From Rhodanobacter sp. (GTDB lineage Bacteria; Pseudomonadota; Gammaproteobacteria; Xanthomonadales; Rhodanobacteraceae): 56,751 nt of DNA. Position numbers and translations under genes: made by a program. The stretch covers positions 1 through 56,751 of the forward strand of contig JBIQMK010000002.1 in NCBI GenBank assembly GCA_044463365.1. The letters are read 5' to 3'. The notes beneath the pieces were generated by a model, which worked only from the letters and a program-made list of their open reading frames with translations, was not told where the DNA came from and did no database searches. This document shows positions 26,601 through 37,900 of the stretch, in pieces; within the stretch, counting starts at the first letter, position 1; the number at the start of each line of letters is the position of its first letter.

Positions 26601-29600
26601 ATGAATGCCTCCGACCCGCCCACTCCCGAATCCGCCGCCGATCCCGGCCTGCGCAAGCTGCGCCGGCAGCTGGATACCGTGGCCAGCCGCGACTTCGGCC
26701 GCCTGCTGGGTCGCTGGCGCACGCTGTCGCGCAAGCCCGATGAACACAAGGTGGCGGCGTTGCGCGCGGATATCGAGCGCTCGGCGGCAAAACGCCGCGC
26801 CCGCGTCGCCGCCAAGCCGGCGATCCGGCTGGATGAATCGCTGCCCATCAGCGTCCGCGGCGACGACATCGTCAAGCTGATCCGGGAGCACCAGGTGGTG
26901 GTGATCGCCGGCGAGACCGGCTCGGGCAAGACCACCCAGCTGCCCAAGCTGTGCCTGGCCGCCGGCCGCGGCGAGGCGGGCATGATCGGCTGCACCCAGC
27001 CGCGCCGGCTGGCCGCCCGTTCGGTGGCGCGCCGCGTGGCCGAGGAGCTGGGCACGCCGGTGGGCGACATCGTGGGTTTCCAGGTGCGCTTCAACGACCA
27101 GGTGTCCGAGCGCAGCCTGATCAAGTTCATGACCGACGGTATCCTGCTGGCCGAAACCCAGGGCGATCCGTGGCTCTCCGCGTACGACACGTTGATCATC
27201 GACGAAGCCCACGAACGCAGCCTCAACATCGATTTCCTGCTGGGCTACCTGAAACAGCTGGCGGCAAAGCGGCCGCAACTGAAGATCATCGTCACCTCGG
27301 CCACCATCGACACCGCGCGCTTTGCCGAACACTTCGGCGGCGCGCCGGTGGTGGAAGTGGAAGGGCGCGCCTACCCGGTCGAAACCCGCTGGCGCCCGGT
27401 GGACGCTGTAGGAGCGACTTCAGTCGCGACAGGCGGCGAGAGGGAATCCGGGTCGCGGCTGAAGCCGCTCCTACAGAAAACCTCGTTGCAGCAAGGCAGC
27501 GCCGAGCACGTCGCCAGCGTGCTGGACGAAATCACCCACGACGATCCCCGCGGCGACGTGCTGGTGTTCCTGCCCGGCGAACGCGAAATCCGCGACGCGC
27601 ACCAGCTGCTGTCGCGTCGCCAATACCGCGAAACGGAAATCATGCCGTTGTACGCACGGCTTTCCGCCGGCGACCAGGACCGCGTGTTCAGGCCCGGCAC
27701 CAAACGTCGCGTGGTGCTGGCCACCAACGTGGCCGAAACCTCGCTCACCGTGCCGCGCATCCGCTACGTGATCGACACCGGCACCGCACGGGTGAAGCGC
27801 TACAGCCAGCGCAGCCAGCTCGAACGGCTGCACGTGGAGCCGGTTTCCCGGGCCGCCGCCGACCAGCGCAAGGGCCGCTGCGGCCGCGTGGGGCCCGGCA
27901 TCTGCTACCGGCTGTACGACGAGGTGGATTTCGCCGGCCGCGCCGCGTTCACCGATCCGGAACTGCTGCGCTCGTCGCTGGCCAACGTGATCCTGCGCAT
28001 GCTGGCGCTGAAGCTGGGCGACGTGGAGCAGTTCCCCTTCCTCGACGCCCCCGATCCCCGCGTGGTGGCCGATGGCTATCGCCGCCTGGCGGAGATCGCC
28101 GCGATCGACGACGGGCGCAAGCTCACCGCCATCGGCCACACTCTGGCGCGACTGCCGATCGACGTGCAACTGGCACGCATGCTGGTGGAAGGCGAGAAGC
28201 TGCACAGCCTGCGCGAGCTGCTCACCATCGTGTCGTTCCTCAGCATCCAGGACCCGCGCGAACGCCCCGCCGACGCGCGCCAGCAGGCTGATACCGCGCA
28301 TGCGCTGTTCGCCGATCCCAAGTCCGATTTCATCGGCGTGCTGAACCTGTGGCGGGCCTATCACGATGCCCACGAGGAACTCACCCAGTCGAAACTGCGC
28401 GACTGGTGCTCACGGCATTTCCTCAGCTTCATGCGGATGCGCGAATGGCGCGAGTTGCATCGGCAGTTGCTGCTGGTGGTGGCCGAATTGGGCTGGAAGC
28501 TGGATGCCTTGGCTCCTCCCCCTGCAAGCAGGGGGAGGTTGGGAGGGGGTAACGCTCTTCGCGCTGATGCACAAAGTCAAAAGCGCACCCCTCCCCAACC
28601 CTCCCCTGCGAGCAGGGGAGGGAGTGAGAGCGACGCTGATCGTCGCTACGAATCCATCCACCGCTCCCTGCTCGCCGGCCTTCCCACCCAGGTCGGCCGC
28701 AAGGACGAGAAGGGCATCTACCAGAGCACGCGCGAGCGCAAGTTCCACGTCTTCCCCGGCTCGGCCTTGTCCAAAACGCCGCCGAACTGGATCTTCAGTG
28801 CGCAGATCCTGGACGTGGGCGGGCGCGTGTGGGGCATGAGCAATGCGCGGGTCGAGCCGCTGTGGATCGAGCAGCAGGCCGCACACCTGCTGCGCAGCAG
28901 TTGCCGTGAGGCGCACTGGTCGAAAAAGCGTGGCTGCGTGGTGGCGTACGAGCAGGTGAGCCTGTTCGGGCTGGTGCTGGTGGAGAAGCGGCCGGTGACG
29001 TTCCAGCGGCAGGACCCGGCGCTGGCCCACGCGATCTTCCTGCGCGAGGCGCTGGTGCGTGGCGACATCGACAGCAAATCTGATTTCGTGCGGGCCAACC
29101 AACGCGTGCTGGAAGAAGCGCTGGGCATCGAGGCAAAGCAGCGGCGCGAAGGTCTGATCCGCCACGAAGACGATCTGGTGGCGTTCTTCGAAGGCAAGCT
29201 GCCCGAGGACATCGCCAGCAGCCGCGCGCTGGATGCCTGGTATCGCAAGGCGCGGCCCGCCGAGCAGGCGGCGCTGCGCTGGTCGCTGGATGACGTGATG
29301 GCCGGCGGCGCGGGGCTGGATGCGAAGGCGTTTCCCGCCGTGCTGGAAATTCCACCCCAACGCTACCGTCTCGAATACCGCTTCGTGCCCGGCGACGAGG
29401 CCGATGGCGTCACCCTGCACCTGCCGCTGGCGATGTTGAATGCGTTGCCGGCCGCGCGTTGCGAGTGGCTGGTGCCGGGCCTGCTCGGCGAAAAAGTGGC
29501 CGAGCTGATCCGCGGCTTGCCGAAAGCCCTGCGCCGCAATTTCGTGCCCGCGCCGGATTTCGCCCGCGCCTTCGTCGAGGCCGAAGCGCCACGCGACGCA

Positions 29601-30677
29601 CCCTTGGCGAATGCGCTGGCCGGTTTCCTGAAACGCACCACCGGCGTCGACATCGACGCGGCGGCGTTCGACGCGGTGGAGTTGCCGGCGCATTTCCTGA
29701 TGCGCTATCGCCTGCACGAGGGTGATGCCGCAAAACCTGGCAAGACCCTGGCCAGCGGCCGTGATTTGGCCGAGCTGCGTGGTCGCTGGGAAGGCCAGGC
29801 GCGCGAGGCGTTCTCGCGCAAGACCGACATCGAGTTGACCCGCGAGGACGTGGCCAGCTGGGATTTCGAGGAAATCCCCGCGCAGGTGCGCTCCGAAGGC
29901 GGTCTGGCTGCATTTCCCGCCCTGGTGGACCTGGGCGAGACCGTGGCGCTGCGCGTGTTCGAGCGCAGCGACGAGGCGCGCGCGGCCCACCGGCAAGGCG
30001 TGGTGCGATTGCTGCGCAACGCGCTGGCCAGCGAGGCGAAGCAGGCGCGCCGCCGCTTGCCGATCGCCAACCCGCTGTCGCTGAAATACACGCCGCTGGG
30101 CAGCATCGACAGCCTGCGCGAGGATCTGGTGGAAGGCGGCTTCACCGACCTGCTGGCGCGCCACGAGCTGAATGCGCGCACGGCCGGCGATTTCGAAAAA
30201 CTGCGCACGCAGTTGTCGCGCGAACTGTTTGGCGCGGCGGTGGAGCGCCTGAAACTGGCCGAGCCGATCATCGAGGCGCAAGCCGATCTGAAGCCCTGGC
30301 TGCAGCCTCCGCTGATGGGCTTTGCCCGCGCCAGCTACGACGACCTGCACGAGCAATTCGATGCGCTGCTTACGCCCGGATGCCTGCGCGAGTTGTCGCT
30401 GGAACGGTTGGCCCACTACCCGCGCTACCTGAAGGGCATGCGGCTGCGCGCCGAGCGGCTACGCCAGGACCCGGCCAAGGATCAGCAACGCATGCTGCAG
30501 GTGACGCCGTACTGGCGCGCCTACCTGCAACACCGCGCCGCCGGCGTCGATGCGCAGGTGTTGGCCGAATTGCGCTGGCTGATCGAGGAATGGCGCGTGT
30601 CGCTGTTCGCGCAGGAACTGAAGACCGCCGAGCCGGTGTCGGCCAAGCGCCTAGCCAAAGCGCTGGGGGTTCTGTAG
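26601..30677 (+). CDS. hrpA: ATP-dependent RNA helicase HrpA with two in-frame repeat insertions
   Basis: [58 protein letters not shown]. Confidence 0.96.
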   Translation: MNASDPPTPESAADPGLRKLRRQLDTVASRDFGRLLGRWRTLSRKPDEHKVAALRADIERSAAKRRARVAAKPAIRLDESLPISVRGDDIVKLIREHQVVVIAGETGSGKTTQLPKLCLAAGRGEAGMIGCTQPRRLAARSVARRVAEELGTPVGDIVGFQVRFNDQVSERSLIKFMTDGILLAETQGDPWLSAYDTLIIDEAHERSLNIDFLLGYLKQLAAKRPQLKIIVTSATIDTARFAEHFGGAPVVEVEGRAYPVETRWRPVDAVGATSVATGGERESGSRLKPLLQKTSLQQGSAEHVASVLDEITHDDPRGDVLVFLPGEREIRDAHQLLSRRQYRETEIMPLYARLSAGDQDRVFRPGTKRRVVLATNVAETSLTVPRIRYVIDTGTARVKRYSQRSQLERLHVEPVSRAAADQRKGRCGRVGPGICYRLYDEVDFAGRAAFTDPELLRSSLANVILRMLALKLGDVEQFPFLDAPDPRVVADGYRRLAEIAAIDDGRKLTAIGHTLARLPIDVQLARMLVEGEKLHSLRELLTIVSFLSIQDPRERPADARQQADTAHALFADPKSDFIGVLNLWRAYHDAHEELTQSKLRDWCSRHFLSFMRMREWRELHRQLLLVVAELGWKLDALAPPPASRGRLGGGNALRADAQSQKRTPPQPSPASRGGSESDADRRYESIHRSLLAGLPTQVGRKDEKGIYQSTRERKFHVFPGSALSKTPPNWIFSAQILDVGGRVWGMSNARVEPLWIEQQAAHLLRSSCREAHWSKKRGCVVAYEQVSLFGLVLVEKRPVTFQRQDPALAHAIFLREALVRGDIDSKSDFVRANQRVLEEALGIEAKQRREGLIRHEDDLVAFFEGKLPEDIASSRALDAWYRKARPAEQAALRWSLDDVMAGGAGLDAKAFPAVLEIPPQRYRLEYRFVPGDEADGVTLHLPLAMLNALPAARCEWLVPGLLGEKVAELIRGLPKALRRNFVPAPDFARAFVEAEAPRDAPLANALAGFLKRTTGVDIDAAAFDAVELPAHFLMRYRLHEGDAAKPGKTLASGRDLAELRGRWEGQAREAFSRKTDIELTREDVASWDFEEIPAQVRSEGGLAAFPALVDLGETVALRVFERSDEARAAHRQGVVRLLRNALASEAKQARRRLPIANPLSLKYTPLGSIDSLREDLVEGGFTDLLARHELNARTAGDFEKLRTQLSRELFGAAVERLKLAEPIIEAQADLKPWLQPPLMGFARASYDDLHEQFDALLTPGCLRELSLERLAHYPRYLKGMRLRAERLRQDPAKDQQRMLQVTPYWRAYLQHRAAGVDAQVLAELRWLIEEWRVSLFAQELKTAEPVSAKRLAKALGVL
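27406..27476. repeat. GTAG-family REP doublet (REPIN-like) in-frame inside hrpA
   Basis: ctgtaggagcgacttcagtcgcgac ... gtcgcggctgaagccgctcctacag; encodes [23 protein letters not shown]. Confidence 0.9.
28512..28624. repeat. CTCCCC..GGGGAG-family palindromic doublet in-frame inside hrpA
   Basis: gctcctccccctgcaagcagggggaggttgggagggggt and inverted acccctccccaaccctcccctgcgagcaggggagggag; encodes [26 protein letters not shown]. Confidence 0.88.
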
Positions 30678-30740
30678 GAGCAGCTTCAGCCGCGACGGGA
30701 AGTGCAGCGGTGCGTGGTCGCGGCTGAAGCCGCTCCTACA
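30673..30740. repeat. GTAG-family REP doublet overlapping the hrpA stop codon
   Basis: tgtaggagcagcttcagccgcgac ... gtcgcggctgaagccgctcctaca; TAG 30675-30677 is the TAG of GTAG. Confidence 0.9.
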
Positions 30741-30750
30741 AGTGGGCGCG

Positions 30751-32115
30751 TTATCCCCGTTGCGACTTCAGCCGCTTCAGGATCTCCCCGCGCGCCTCGC
30801 GCAGGATCGAGTCGCGGTCCAGGCTGGCCACGATGTCGGCGACGGCGCGCTTGGCGCCGGCATCGCCCCAGGATTTGCCGCCGACCAGGTAGCGTTCGGC
30901 GGCGCGACCGATCAGCACCGTGGCATACCAGCCCAGCGCACCCTGCGCCGCGGCGGTGACGAAAACCGACAGGCCGGCGCTCATGCCCTTGAGCGCGGAA
31001 GCCACCAGTTGCATGCCCCAGATCGCGCCCATCAAGGCGGCCAGTTGCGCCGAGATCACCGCCACCAGCCGGCCGGATTCGGCGCGCGTCAGCGGCAGGC
31101 CGTAAATGCGCGACAGCTGCACCACCATCGCCGCGTCCAGCCCCGCCGCGGCCAGCAGGTCCGCCACCGGAATCGGGTTCAACGCCACCGCCACGCCCTT
31201 GGCCAGGCAGTAATGGCGGATCAGCCGCGTGGCCACTTGCTGCCGTGTCTGCGCGATGCGGGCGCTGACCTGGTCGGTGAGCCGGCCCGCGTAGAGGCCG
31301 GCGTTGATGGCCGACAGCGTCTTGCCCTCGTGCGCGGCGATCGCCAGCAGACGCTCGCGCAACGCCACCACGTCCGGGGCGGGAGCGTGTTGGTGGACGG
31401 TTTCCTTGCCCTGCGCGTCGACGTCGACCACGCGTTGCGCGGCGGGTAACGCGGCCGCGGCCAGCACGTCGTCGGGACGCACCAGGCCGGCCACGCGCTG
31501 GCGCAGATGATCGAGCAGGCTGGCCAGTTCATCGGCGCCGTAGCGGTCGGCCTTGTTCAGCGCCAGCAGCAGCGGTCGCTGGGTGGCGGCCAGGGTTTTC
31601 AGCGCGTCCAGCTCCTGCCGGGTGAGGTCGCCATCGCAGACGAACACCACCAGGTCGGCGATCTCGGCCACGTCGAAAGCCAGCCGCTCGCGCGCCTCGC
31701 CGTCGAGTTCATTGATGCCCGGCGTGTCGATCAACAGCAAGCCGTCGTGTTGCGCCTCGTCCAGCGCGGCGTGGCCGGCTTCGGTGGTGGTGCCGTGCAG
31801 TACGCCCACGGGAAACGCCTGGCGACCGAGCAAGGCATTGCCCAGTGCCGACTTGCCCGCCGACACGCGGCCGAACACGGCGATGTGCAATTCGCCGCGC
31901 TCCAGTTTCGCCAGCATGCTTTCGATGCGAGCGAAATCCGTCGCCAGTTCGCTGCGTACCGCGGCGGGGATGGTGGGGTCGTCCAGCAGGCTGCGCAGGC
32001 TGTCGGCCACACGCGACGACCCGCTGGACGTGCGGGCTTGCGGCACCACCTCCGGATCGCGCGGCGTTGGCCGGACGAGTCCGCGCAGGCGCTGCCACAA
32101 GCTGTCGATAGCCAA
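30751..32115 (-). CDS. Era-like GTPase with C-terminal DUF697/YcjF-like membrane domain
   Basis: G1 GRVSAGKS, G2 HGTT, G3 DTPG, G4 NKAD; hydrophobic C-terminus LNPIPVADLL; TTG start uncertain. Confidence 0.82.
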   Translation of the reverse strand: MAIDSLWQRLRGLVRPTPRDPEVVPQARTSSGSSRVADSLRSLLDDPTIPAAVRSELATDFARIESMLAKLERGELHIAVFGRVSAGKSALGNALLGRQAFPVGVLHGTTTEAGHAALDEAQHDGLLLIDTPGINELDGEARERLAFDVAEIADLVVFVCDGDLTRQELDALKTLAATQRPLLLALNKADRYGADELASLLDHLRQRVAGLVRPDDVLAAAALPAAQRVVDVDAQGKETVHQHAPAPDVVALRERLLAIAAHEGKTLSAINAGLYAGRLTDQVSARIAQTRQQVATRLIRHYCLAKGVAVALNPIPVADLLAAAGLDAAMVVQLSRIYGLPLTRAESGRLVAVISAQLAALMGAIWGMQLVASALKGMSAGLSVFVTAAAQGALGWYATVLIGRAAERYLVGGKSWGDAGAKRAVADIVASLDRDSILREARGEILKRLKSQRG

Positions 32116-32127
32116 CGCCGCGCGCCG

Positions 32128-32688
32128 TTATTTCGCGGTCAGTTGCAGGTGCGCGCCGACCTTTACGTCGGCACCGATCACCGACGTATCGGCGTACTCG
32201 CCACCGCCCACGCCGAAATCGAGCCGGTGCAGCGTGCCCTTGACGTCCAGCGTGGCGCCGCCAGCGGTGGGGTGGAAATCCACGTCGAGGCTGACCGGGC
32301 GGGTGACGCCGCGCAGGGTGAGCTTGCCGTCGGCTACCACCTGCCCGCCGTTGCGGCGAAAGCCGGTGGTGACGAAACGGGCGGTGGGGAATTTCGCCAC
32401 GTTGAAGAAATCGCTGCCCGGCAGGGCGTCATCGCGATCGCTGTCGCCGGTTTTCACGCTGGCCAGCGTCACCGTGACGTCGAACGCGGCGTGGGCCAGG
32501 TCGGCGGCGTCGTAGCGGATCGCCGCGTTCCACTTGTCGAAATGGCCGTTGAAGGTTTCGCCCTGGAACGTGCCCGTGAAGCCCAGCGTGCTGGCGGCCG
32601 GTTGCACGGCGTAATCAGTGGCGGCGGCAAGGCCGGGCAAGGCCAGCGCCAGCAGCAGGACGGTTGATGACAGGATGGAGCGTTTCAT
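32128..32688 (-). CDS. yceI: YceI-family periplasmic polyisoprenoid-binding protein
   Basis: Signal peptide; STLGF, ASVKTG..RDD, FFNVAKFPTARF, GKLTLRGVT, RLDFGVG; ATGA overlap with the upstream cytochrome b. Confidence 0.9.
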   Translation of the reverse strand: MKRSILSSTVLLLALALPGLAAATDYAVQPAASTLGFTGTFQGETFNGHFDKWNAAIRYDAADLAHAAFDVTVTLASVKTGDSDRDDALPGSDFFNVAKFPTARFVTTGFRRNGGQVVADGKLTLRGVTRPVSLDVDFHPTAGGATLDVKGTLHRLDFGVGGGEYADTSVIGADVKVGAHLQLTAK

Positions 32689-33266
32689 CGGCGATCTCCT
32701 TCGGCATCCGGAGGCTGGCGCGGGCGGCCGAACGGCAGCATCCGGCGCAGCACATTGTCGTGGTCGAACACATGGTGTTTCAACGCGGCGCCCACGTGCG
32801 CCACCAGCACCAGCAGCAGAAACCAGAACAGGTATTCGTGCACGCCGTGCGCGAGGTGGCGCAGCGTGTCGTCCTTCGGCGCCAGCGCCGGCAGGTTGAA
32901 CTGCTTGAACCATTGCAGCGGCTTGCCGGTGACCGAATTGAACCACCAGCCGCTGAGCGGTATCGCCACGATCAAGGCGTACAGCAAGGCGTGCACCGCC
33001 CGCGCCGACCACTGCTGCCAGCGCGGCGCCGGCTCTTCGCGTGGCCGGCCATCGAACCATCGCCACAGCAGGCGCAGCAGCGCCAGCGCCAGCACGGTGA
33101 GGCCGATGGACTTGTGCAGCGCCAGCCAGTTGATCTTCTGCATCGGCGAGCGGGAAAGGTCCATCAGCAGGCCGAACACGCCATTGCCCAGGATGGCCAG
33201 CGCGATCGTCCAGTGGAAGGTCTTGGCGATCGCACCCCATCGATCGGTGTTGCTGCGCAGTTTCAT
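32685..33266 (-). CDS. Cytochrome b561 (YceJ/CybB family)
   Basis: FHWTIA, HKSIGLTVL, HALLY..PLSGW, HVGAALKHH..DNVLRRM. Confidence 0.92.
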   Translation of the reverse strand: MKLRSNTDRWGAIAKTFHWTIALAILGNGVFGLLMDLSRSPMQKINWLALHKSIGLTVLALALLRLLWRWFDGRPREEPAPRWQQWSARAVHALLYALIVAIPLSGWWFNSVTGKPLQWFKQFNLPALAPKDDTLRHLAHGVHEYLFWFLLLVLVAHVGAALKHHVFDHDNVLRRMLPFGRPRQPPDAEGDRR

Positions 33267-33356
33267 GCGATGTCCGGCAGGCGGGAATGAGTGACCGAAG
33301 TCTGGCCGATGGCTGGTGATGGTGCCAGTAGCAGATCGACGAACGGTGCGTTCCCC

Positions 33357-33374
33357 CTGAAGTCGCTCCTACAG
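33357..33374. repeat. Truncated single GTAG REP
   Basis: ctgaagtcgctcctacag matches the end of the REP arm; directly after the GTPase stop. Confidence 0.65.
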
Positions 33375-33375
33375 G

Positions 33376-34842
33376 CTAGGGTGGCGGCGGGTTGTCGCGC
33401 ACGGCGTCGAGGGTGAGCGTGGCCAACTGGCGCAGGCGCGGGCCATCGGCGTCGGTGAGCAAGGTCTTCAGGCGGGCGCTGGCATCGTGCTGGTCCAGGG
33501 TGTGGCGCTCGGCCAGCGAGGCGGACAAGGCGCGGCCCATCGCATCGAAAATCAGCGCGTAGGCGAAGGCGTGCAAGACGCCGCCACCCAGCGTGCCCAG
33601 GCCGGGAAACGCCTTCAGCGCATTGCCCGCCACGGCCAGCACGATCGAGCTGCCGGTGCGCAGGGTGAGCCGGGCCTGGCGCAGGAAATCCTCGATCTGC
33701 ACCTCGCTGACCGGCACCTCGTGCAATTGCGCCAGGGCGCGGACGAGGCCGGTGGCGAGCACGCCCTGGATCACCAGGTCGCTGCCGGGCGCCACCGCGG
33801 CCAGCGCCCCCACCACGGCGCGGCCGGCGTACTTGCGCACGATGCGTTCGGCTTCCTCGGCGCGGCTTTGGGTTTCCAGCGCGCCGGTGCGCTGGTGCAG
33901 GTCCGCCAGCACGGCGTTTTCGCGCTGGCTTTCCAGGCCCTCGGCGCCGCTCGCGGTGAGCCGGGCCAGCGCGCGCAGCAGCGGGTCGATCTCGGGCTGG
34001 CGCTGTCGCTCGACAGTTTCCGTGCGGCCGTCGGCCAGCGTGCGCTGGAAGCGTTCGCTGCCGCCGGCGCTGATCGCCAGCACCGCGCTGGCGATGCCGC
34101 GCGACAGTTGACGCAGGTGGGCCAGCAACTGCTCGCGCTCGGCCGTGTTCCATTGGTCGGCCTTGTTCAGCACCAGCAGCAGCGGCTTGCCGAAGTCGGC
34201 CAGCCAGAGCAGTTCGTCGGCCTGCTGGCGGTTGAGATCGCCGGCGCACAGATAGATCACCGCATGCGCCCGCAGCGCTTCCTCGCGGGCCAGGGCTTCG
34301 TGCGCTTCGCCGCCGGCCTCGCGGCTGCCGGGCACGTCGGCCAGCACCAGCGTGCGCCCGTCGGGCAGGCGGCCGTCGTGGTGGCGTATCTCGCGGGTGG
34401 TGCCGCCGCGCACGTCGCTGGCGGCGATCGCCTGTGGCGCCAGCGCGCGGATCAGGCTGGATTTGCCGGTGGAGATTTCGCCGAACAACGCCACGTAGAC
34501 GCGCTGGCTGGCGCGTCGCCGATCCAGCTCGGCCAGCTCGCTGCCCAGCGCGTCGGTGTCGGCGCCGCGGCGGCGCAACTGGTCGATCCGTTGCTCCAGG
34601 CTGCCGCGATCGGGCACGGGCATGGGCCGGCGCTTGCGTCGTGGCCGCAGCAGCCACCACAGCACCGACACGCCGGCCGCGGCGAAGATCGCCAGCGCAC
34701 CGCCCAGCGTCCATTGCAGCGCGGGGGGCAGGGCCAGAAAACGTTGCGCCAACGCCAGCGCGCGCTCGGCGGCGGCGAACAGCAACCAGAGCAGCGCCGC
34801 CAGCGCCAAGGCAGTGAGCAAAAGTCGGAAGCGTCGGGGCAT
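33376..34842 (-). CDS. Second Era-like GTPase/DUF697-like protein with two N-terminal TM helices
   Basis: G1 GEISTGKS, GGTT, DVPG, NKAD; C-terminus AVAPGSDLV..LKAFPGLGTLGGG. Confidence 0.82.
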   Translation of the reverse strand: MPRRFRLLLTALALAALLWLLFAAAERALALAQRFLALPPALQWTLGGALAIFAAAGVSVLWWLLRPRRKRRPMPVPDRGSLEQRIDQLRRRGADTDALGSELAELDRRRASQRVYVALFGEISTGKSSLIRALAPQAIAASDVRGGTTREIRHHDGRLPDGRTLVLADVPGSREAGGEAHEALAREEALRAHAVIYLCAGDLNRQQADELLWLADFGKPLLLVLNKADQWNTAEREQLLAHLRQLSRGIASAVLAISAGGSERFQRTLADGRTETVERQRQPEIDPLLRALARLTASGAEGLESQRENAVLADLHQRTGALETQSRAEEAERIVRKYAGRAVVGALAAVAPGSDLVIQGVLATGLVRALAQLHEVPVSEVQIEDFLRQARLTLRTGSSIVLAVAGNALKAFPGLGTLGGGVLHAFAYALIFDAMGRALSASLAERHTLDQHDASARLKTLLTDADGPRLRQLATLTLDAVRDNPPPP

Positions 34843-34977
34843 GCCGGCATTCTAGGGTACGTGCGCCGCGGCAAGGGGTCGCCGGACCTGCCACCCGATG
34901 TCGGCCCCCGCGTCGTGGGCGTCGGCGCTCGCCGCATGCCACCGCTTTTGGCATGATGGCCGCCGGGGAGGGTATCC

Positions 34978-37900
34978 ATGTTGGCAATGTTCCTGCGACG
35001 CGCAGCGCATGCGGCCGCCTTGCTGGCGCTTGCCGCGAACGTTGCGCATGCGGACCCGGCCTCCGGATCGCGGAGTCCGGCGGCGGCACCATCGTCTGCC
35101 AACCCGTTGCCGACGCCGCAGTTCCGTCGCTACGGCGTGGCCGACGGGCTGCCCAGCGGGCCGGTGTATTCGGTGGCGCAGGATCGCAACGGGCTGATGT
35201 GGTTCGGCTCGGCGGCCGGCCTGGTGCGTTACGACGGTGTCAGCTTCAAGACGTTCCGCCATTCGGACGCCGACCCCGCGTCGCTGCCGGCGAACCCCAC
35301 CTATGCGTTGTTCGTGGATTGCGAAAACCGGATCTGGGCGGGCGGCATTTCCAGCGGGCTGATTTCCTACGATCAGCGCAGCGGCCGTTTTCGCCAGTGG
35401 CAGCACGACGAGGCCAAACCGGACAGCCTCTCCAGCAACGAGGTATGGAGCATCTCGGAAACCACTGACGGCACGCTCTGGGTGGCCACCGACGACGGCC
35501 TGGACCGGATGCGGCCCGATGGCAACGGCTTCGACCATCTTGCGTTGGACAGCGTGGGGGAGCAGGCGCCGTCGTTCGGCCAGACCCGCGCCTTGTTGGC
35601 CGATGCGAACGGCAAGTTGTGGATCGGCGCCAAGCGCGGCCTTTACCTGCGCCGTGGTGACGGCACGGTGAGCCGGGTGCCGATCGATCCGGCGTTCCAG
35701 GGCGACGTGGGTACGGTGTGGCACATCGACGGCGGCCACGGCGAGGTGCGGGTGGCCGTCACCGGCGGGCTGCTGATCATCGGCGCCGACGGTGTGGCGC
35801 GCCCGGTGGCGAACGCTCAACTGGCCTCGCGCCGCGTTCCCAGCAGCACGCGCGATGCACAGCGGCGGCTGTGGATCGGCACCGTGGACGGCCTGTTGCT
35901 CGATGCCGGCGACGGCAAGCTGCAGGCCATTCCCGGTCAGCCGCTGCTGCCGGGCGGACTCCCGGGCAGCAAGATCTGGCAGACCGCGCTGGACCATGAA
36001 GGCGGCCTGTGGATCACCTTCGAGCAATCCAGCATCGCCTACCTGCCGCCGGGCTGGAACGGTTTTGCCCGCTTCACCCACGTGCCCGACGATCCGGCCA
36101 GCCTGTCCAACATCGCGGCCTCGGCGATCCTGCTGGCGCGCGACGGCCAGCTGTGGGTCGGCGGCGAAAACGGCTGGGTCGACAAACTGGACGCCACGAC
36201 CGGCAAGGTCCAGCACGTGGTGCGCGGCGTGCGCGGTCAGATCGTGTGGCTGGCGGAGGATTCGCGCGGACGGCTGTGGATCGCCAGCCCGGGCGAGCTG
36301 CACCTGTTCGACCACGGCACGCTGATGGCGATCGACCTCAGCCAGGCGAAACTGACCCGTCCGGTGATGCTCTGCGCCGCGCCTGACGACCGCATCTACG
36401 TGGCTTCCTGGGGCGAAGGGTTGTTCGTGATCGATCCGCGCAGCCATGCGATATCGCCGGTCCCGCTGGAGGATCCGACCGACGAGGCGCAGTTCGTCGA
36501 CCAGATCGTCTGCGCCGCCGACGGGCTGTGGTACGCCAGCGCCGACGGGCTGCGACGCTGGGACCCGGCGCAGCAGCGGATGGCGTTGATCGCCGGGGTG
36601 CCGCGGCGGGAAATCCTCACGTTTGCACGGGACGCTGACGGCTTATGGCTGGCCATGCGCGGCAGCCTTGGCCATTATCGCTACGTGGGTGGCAAGGCCG
36701 AACGCGACGACAGCGTCGACATCAGCGCAACGCCGTTCGCGTCGGTGCTGACCGACCTGCGGATCGATCGAAGCGGGAATTTGTGGATATTTGCCAACCC
36801 CGGTCTGTGGCAACTCGGCAAGGGCAGTCGGCAACTGAAATCGTTTGGCCCGGCGCAGGGTTTGACGAACGCCGATTTCAGCAGCGGCGCCGTGGCCATC
36901 GCGCCGAACGGAATGGTTTTCGCCGCCAACAGCGGTGGCGTGGTGGCGTTCCAGCCGGGGCGTTTCCCCGCGTCGGTGCCTGCCGGTTCACCGCCGCCGT
37001 TGACCCTGGCGAACCTCAGCGTGCAGCGCGATGGCGCGCTGCAGGCGTTGCCACGCGATCGTTCCGTGGTGTCCCTGGGTTGGCGCGATCGCGATCTGCG
37101 CGTGGAGATGCGGGTGGCGTCCTACGTCAATCCGGATGCCAACCGCTACCGCTTCAAATTGACCGGGTTCGACACCGGCTGGGTGGACGTGGACCATCGC
37201 GGCGAGCGCGATTTTGCCGGCCTGCCGGCGGGCGATTACAAGCTCGAGGTGATGGCTGCCGGCCCGAACGGCATCTGGGGGCATCTGGCCACGCCGCTGC
37301 ATATCCACGTGCAGGCGCCACCGTGGGCGCGCTGGTGGGCATGGGCGATCTACGTGGCGGTGCTGGCGCTAGGGGGCGGTCTGGCCCTGCGCGGATGGCG
37401 CAACCGCATGGCGCAGCGCTACCGCCTGCAGCTCATCGAGCAGCAGCGCGAGCTGGCCGAGCAGGCCAGTGCGGCCAAGACGCAGTTTCTGGCCACGCTC
37501 AGTCACGAGATACGCACGCCGATGACCGGCGTGATGGGCATGGCCGAGTTGCTGTTGAGCACGCCGCTCAATGCGCAGCAGCACGACTACGCGCAAGCCA
37601 TGCAACGTTCCGGCGGCATGCTGCTGAAGCTGCTCAACGACGCGCTGGACCTTGCCCGCATCGAGGCCGGTCGGCTGGAGCTGGAACTGGCGCCGTTCGA
37701 CCCGCGCCAGCTGGTCACCGACGTGGCGCAGCTGGAGCAGGGGCTGGCGCAGGCGAAAGGCCTGCGCTTCGTGCTGCAGGTCGATGACGACCTGCCCGAG
37801 CGGGTGATCGGCGACGCGGTGCGGGTCAAGCAGATCCTGCTCAACCTGGCCAACAACGCGTTGAAGTTCACCCAGCGCGGCAGCGTCACGGTGCGGGCGC

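Noticed and set aside
30760-30780. REP-like gcgacttcagccgc within the GTPase-B 3' end
   Set aside because: Short match without the GTAG end; explained by codons for LKRLKS.
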